Assembly: GCA_963815215.1 (NCBI GenBank)
Contig: CAWFFU010000011.1
Location: 256,001 to 320,000 of the forward strand
DNA length: 64,000 nt
Reading direction: 5' to 3'
Source of the DNA: an uncultured Trueperaceae bacterium
Lineage (GTDB): Bacteria > Deinococcota > Deinococci > Deinococcales > Trueperaceae
The position numbers were made by a program, and so were the translations under genes. The notes under the pieces are model-generated. The model made no database searches, was not told where the DNA came from, and saw nothing but the letters and a program-made list of their open reading frames with translations. This document shows positions 62,317 to 64,000 of the stretch, one piece after another. The first letter of the stretch is position 1. Every line of letters begins with the position of its first letter.

Positions 62317-62619
62317 ATGGTCAAGATCCGCCTGACGCGCATGGGCTCCAAGCGCAACCCCCACTACCGGATGGTCGTGGTGGACGCGCGCAAGAAGCGC
62401 AGCGCCGACTACATCGAACAGATCGGCTACTACGATCCGCGCGAGACGACCCCCAACGCTTTGCGGGTCGAAGCTGAACGCGCCAGCTACTGGCTCGAGC
62501 AGGGTGCCCAACCTACCGACACGGTGGTCCGCCTGCTGGAGAAGGCCGGCGTGAGCGTGCCGGGCGTGGAGGCCAAGAAGCGGGCCGACTACGTACGCCG
62601 CACGGAGGCTCGAGCCTAG
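62317..62619 (+). CDS. rpsP: 30S ribosomal protein S16
   Basis: [18 protein letters not shown]...IEQIGYYDP...GAQPTDTV. Confidence 0.98.
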   Translation: MVKIRLTRMGSKRNPHYRMVVVDARKKRSADYIEQIGYYDPRETTPNALRVEAERASYWLEQGAQPTDTVVRLLEKAGVSVPGVEAKKRADYVRRTEARA

Positions 62620-62642
62620 GCCCGGCCTAGGCGAGGCGCGCG

Positions 62643-62873
62643 ATGCCCCTCGAGCTCGTCACCTACATCGTCCAGAACCTCGTTGCCGAACCCGAGCAGC
62701 TCGGCATCACAGCGCAGCGCGGCGACAAGGGCCTGCGCATCGAGATCCGTTGCGCGCCCGACGACGCCGGGCGAGTGATCGGTCGCGGCGGCCGCGTGAT
62801 CAACGCCATCCGCACGCTGGCGCGGGCGGCTGCCGACGGTCGCCAGCGCGTCGAGGTCCAGCTGATCGACTAG
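62643..62873 (+). CDS. khpA: KH-domain RNA-binding protein KhpA
   Basis: D.GRVIGRGGRVINAIRT; conserved position between rpsP and rimM. Confidence 0.9.
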   Translation: MPLELVTYIVQNLVAEPEQLGITAQRGDKGLRIEIRCAPDDAGRVIGRGGRVINAIRTLARAAADGRQRVEVQLID

Positions 62874-62908
62874 GGCGCGGGGCCCGCTTCCGGCCCGGGA
62901 GAGGGCGC

Positions 62909-63427
62909 GTGCCCGGAGACCCCACAGCCACCATCCCCCCCGAGGGGTTCATCAAGATCGGCGTTCTGGGACGGGCGTTCCAGCTCGAAGGCGGAGTGCG
63001 CCTCCATCCCGGGCCGGCCGCTGGGCCGCTCGTGCTCGATCGCGTGCAAGGCGTGTTCGTGATGGGTTACGGTCCGGCGTCGATCCGACAGGTTCGCCGG
63101 CACGGGGACGATATCCTGCTCTACCTGCAGGGCGTGCGTGATCGCGAGGGCGCCCAGCGGCTCACCGGAGCGGAGGTGTTCGCACCGTCGTCGGCCGTGC
63201 CCGACGACGCAGACGACGCCTCGTCGCTGACGGGCGCCGAGGTGATGCAGCTGGGGCGCGCCGTGGGCCGCGTGCACGAGGTCCGCCACAACGCCGTCAA
63301 CCCGTTGCTGGTGATCCTCACCGCCGGCGGTGAGGTGCTGGTGCCGTTGAACGCTCCCTACGTGGTGGTGCAGGCCGGCCGCGTCGAGCTCGTCGACCCT
63401 CCCGAGGGGCTGCTGGATCCCACGTGA
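62909..63427 (+). CDS. rimM: Ribosome maturation factor RimM
   Basis: IG.LGRAF.L.GGV, GVRDREGA..LTG, EVLVP, DPPEGLLD; position before trmD. Confidence 0.85.
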   Translation: MPGDPTATIPPEGFIKIGVLGRAFQLEGGVRLHPGPAAGPLVLDRVQGVFVMGYGPASIRQVRRHGDDILLYLQGVRDREGAQRLTGAEVFAPSSAVPDDADDASSLTGAEVMQLGRAVGRVHEVRHNAVNPLLVILTAGGEVLVPLNAPYVVVQAGRVELVDPPEGLLDPT

Positions 63428-64000
63428 AGGTCACCGTCTACACCCTGTTCCCACAACTCGTCACGCCCTATCTGCAGGAAGCGCTGCTCGGCCGCGCCAT
63501 CGAGCGCGGCCTGCTCACGGTCGAGACACGCGACCTGCGGCGCTTCGCCGGCAACCGCACCGGCCGCGTCGACGACGCACCCTACGGCGGTGGCGCCGGC
63601 ATGGTCATCCGCGTCGATGTCGCTGCGGCGGCCGTACGCGAAGCCCAGCGCGACGCGCCGCCCCCCGACGAGACAGTGCTCCTCTCTCCCGCCGGCCGGC
63701 CGCTCGACCAGGCGCTCGTCGAGCACTGGGCAGGCCTGCAGCACCTGGCGTTGATCGCCGGCCGCTACGAGGGCTTCGATGCCCGCGCTGAAGCGCTGGT
63801 GACCCGCGAGGTATCCGTCGGAGATTTCGTACTCATGGGCGGTGAGTTGCCCGCCCTGTGCATCCTGGAAGCGGTGGCGCGGCTGCTGCCAGGCGCCCTT
63901 GGCGACGCCGAGAGCCATCGCCAGGACTCCTTCACCACCGGGCTGCTCGACTACCCGGAGTACACCCGCCCGCTGGTCTTCGAGGACGCCGAAGTGCCCG
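63424..64000 (+). CDS. trmD: tRNA (guanine-N1)-methyltransferase (runs off the window edge)
   Basis: Manual translation: MKVTVYTLFP...VDDAPYGGGAGMV...GRYEGFD.R...SVGDFVLMGGE...DSF..GLLDYPEYTRP. Confidence 0.97.
   Translation, partial: MKVTVYTLFPQLVTPYLQEALLGRAIERGLLTVETRDLRRFAGNRTGRVDDAPYGGGAGMVIRVDVAAAAVREAQRDAPPPDETVLLSPAGRPLDQALVEHWAGLQHLALIAGRYEGFDARAEALVTREVSVGDFVLMGGELPALCILEAVARLLPGALGDAESHRQDSFTTGLLDYPEYTRPLVFEDAEVP

Overview
Very GC-rich (roughly 70% by eye), gene-dense chromosomal segment. Gene content and order (PEGA/DUF4384 envelope protein, Rad52/DdrA-like gene, argG-GNAT-argH-GNAT cluster, many starts preceded directly by a -10 hexamer) point to Deinococcota, probably Truepera-like; this is an inference. 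It is mostly housekeeping: bshA, fumC, purB/C/S/H, gyrA, ftsE, argG/argH, ansA, proC, tgt, class II ribonucleotide reductase with NrdR boxes, malic enzyme, ffh-rpsP-khpA-rimM-trmD, three tRNAs and one pseudogene. No IS, prophage or CRISPR array was seen. The most striking region is about 32.3-37.4 kb: two tandem c-di-GMP-II-type riboswitch aptamers precede a GH26 lipoprotein. That gene converges on a processive GT2 glycan synthase fused to a lytic-transglycosylase-like domain, which is in turn divergent from a 3D-domain cell-wall protein. Together they form a candidate c-di-GMP-controlled glycan synthesis and remodelling module. Other notable items are a GTGA-repeat leader that reads as a chain of overlapping mini-ORFs, several short ORFs bridging or leading into genes, a TGT with a probable queuine-salvage signature plus a YhhQ/VUT transporter, and a tRNA-Arg gene probably lying antisense within the leader of a chaperone gene. 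All calls are from reading the sequence; no searches were run.
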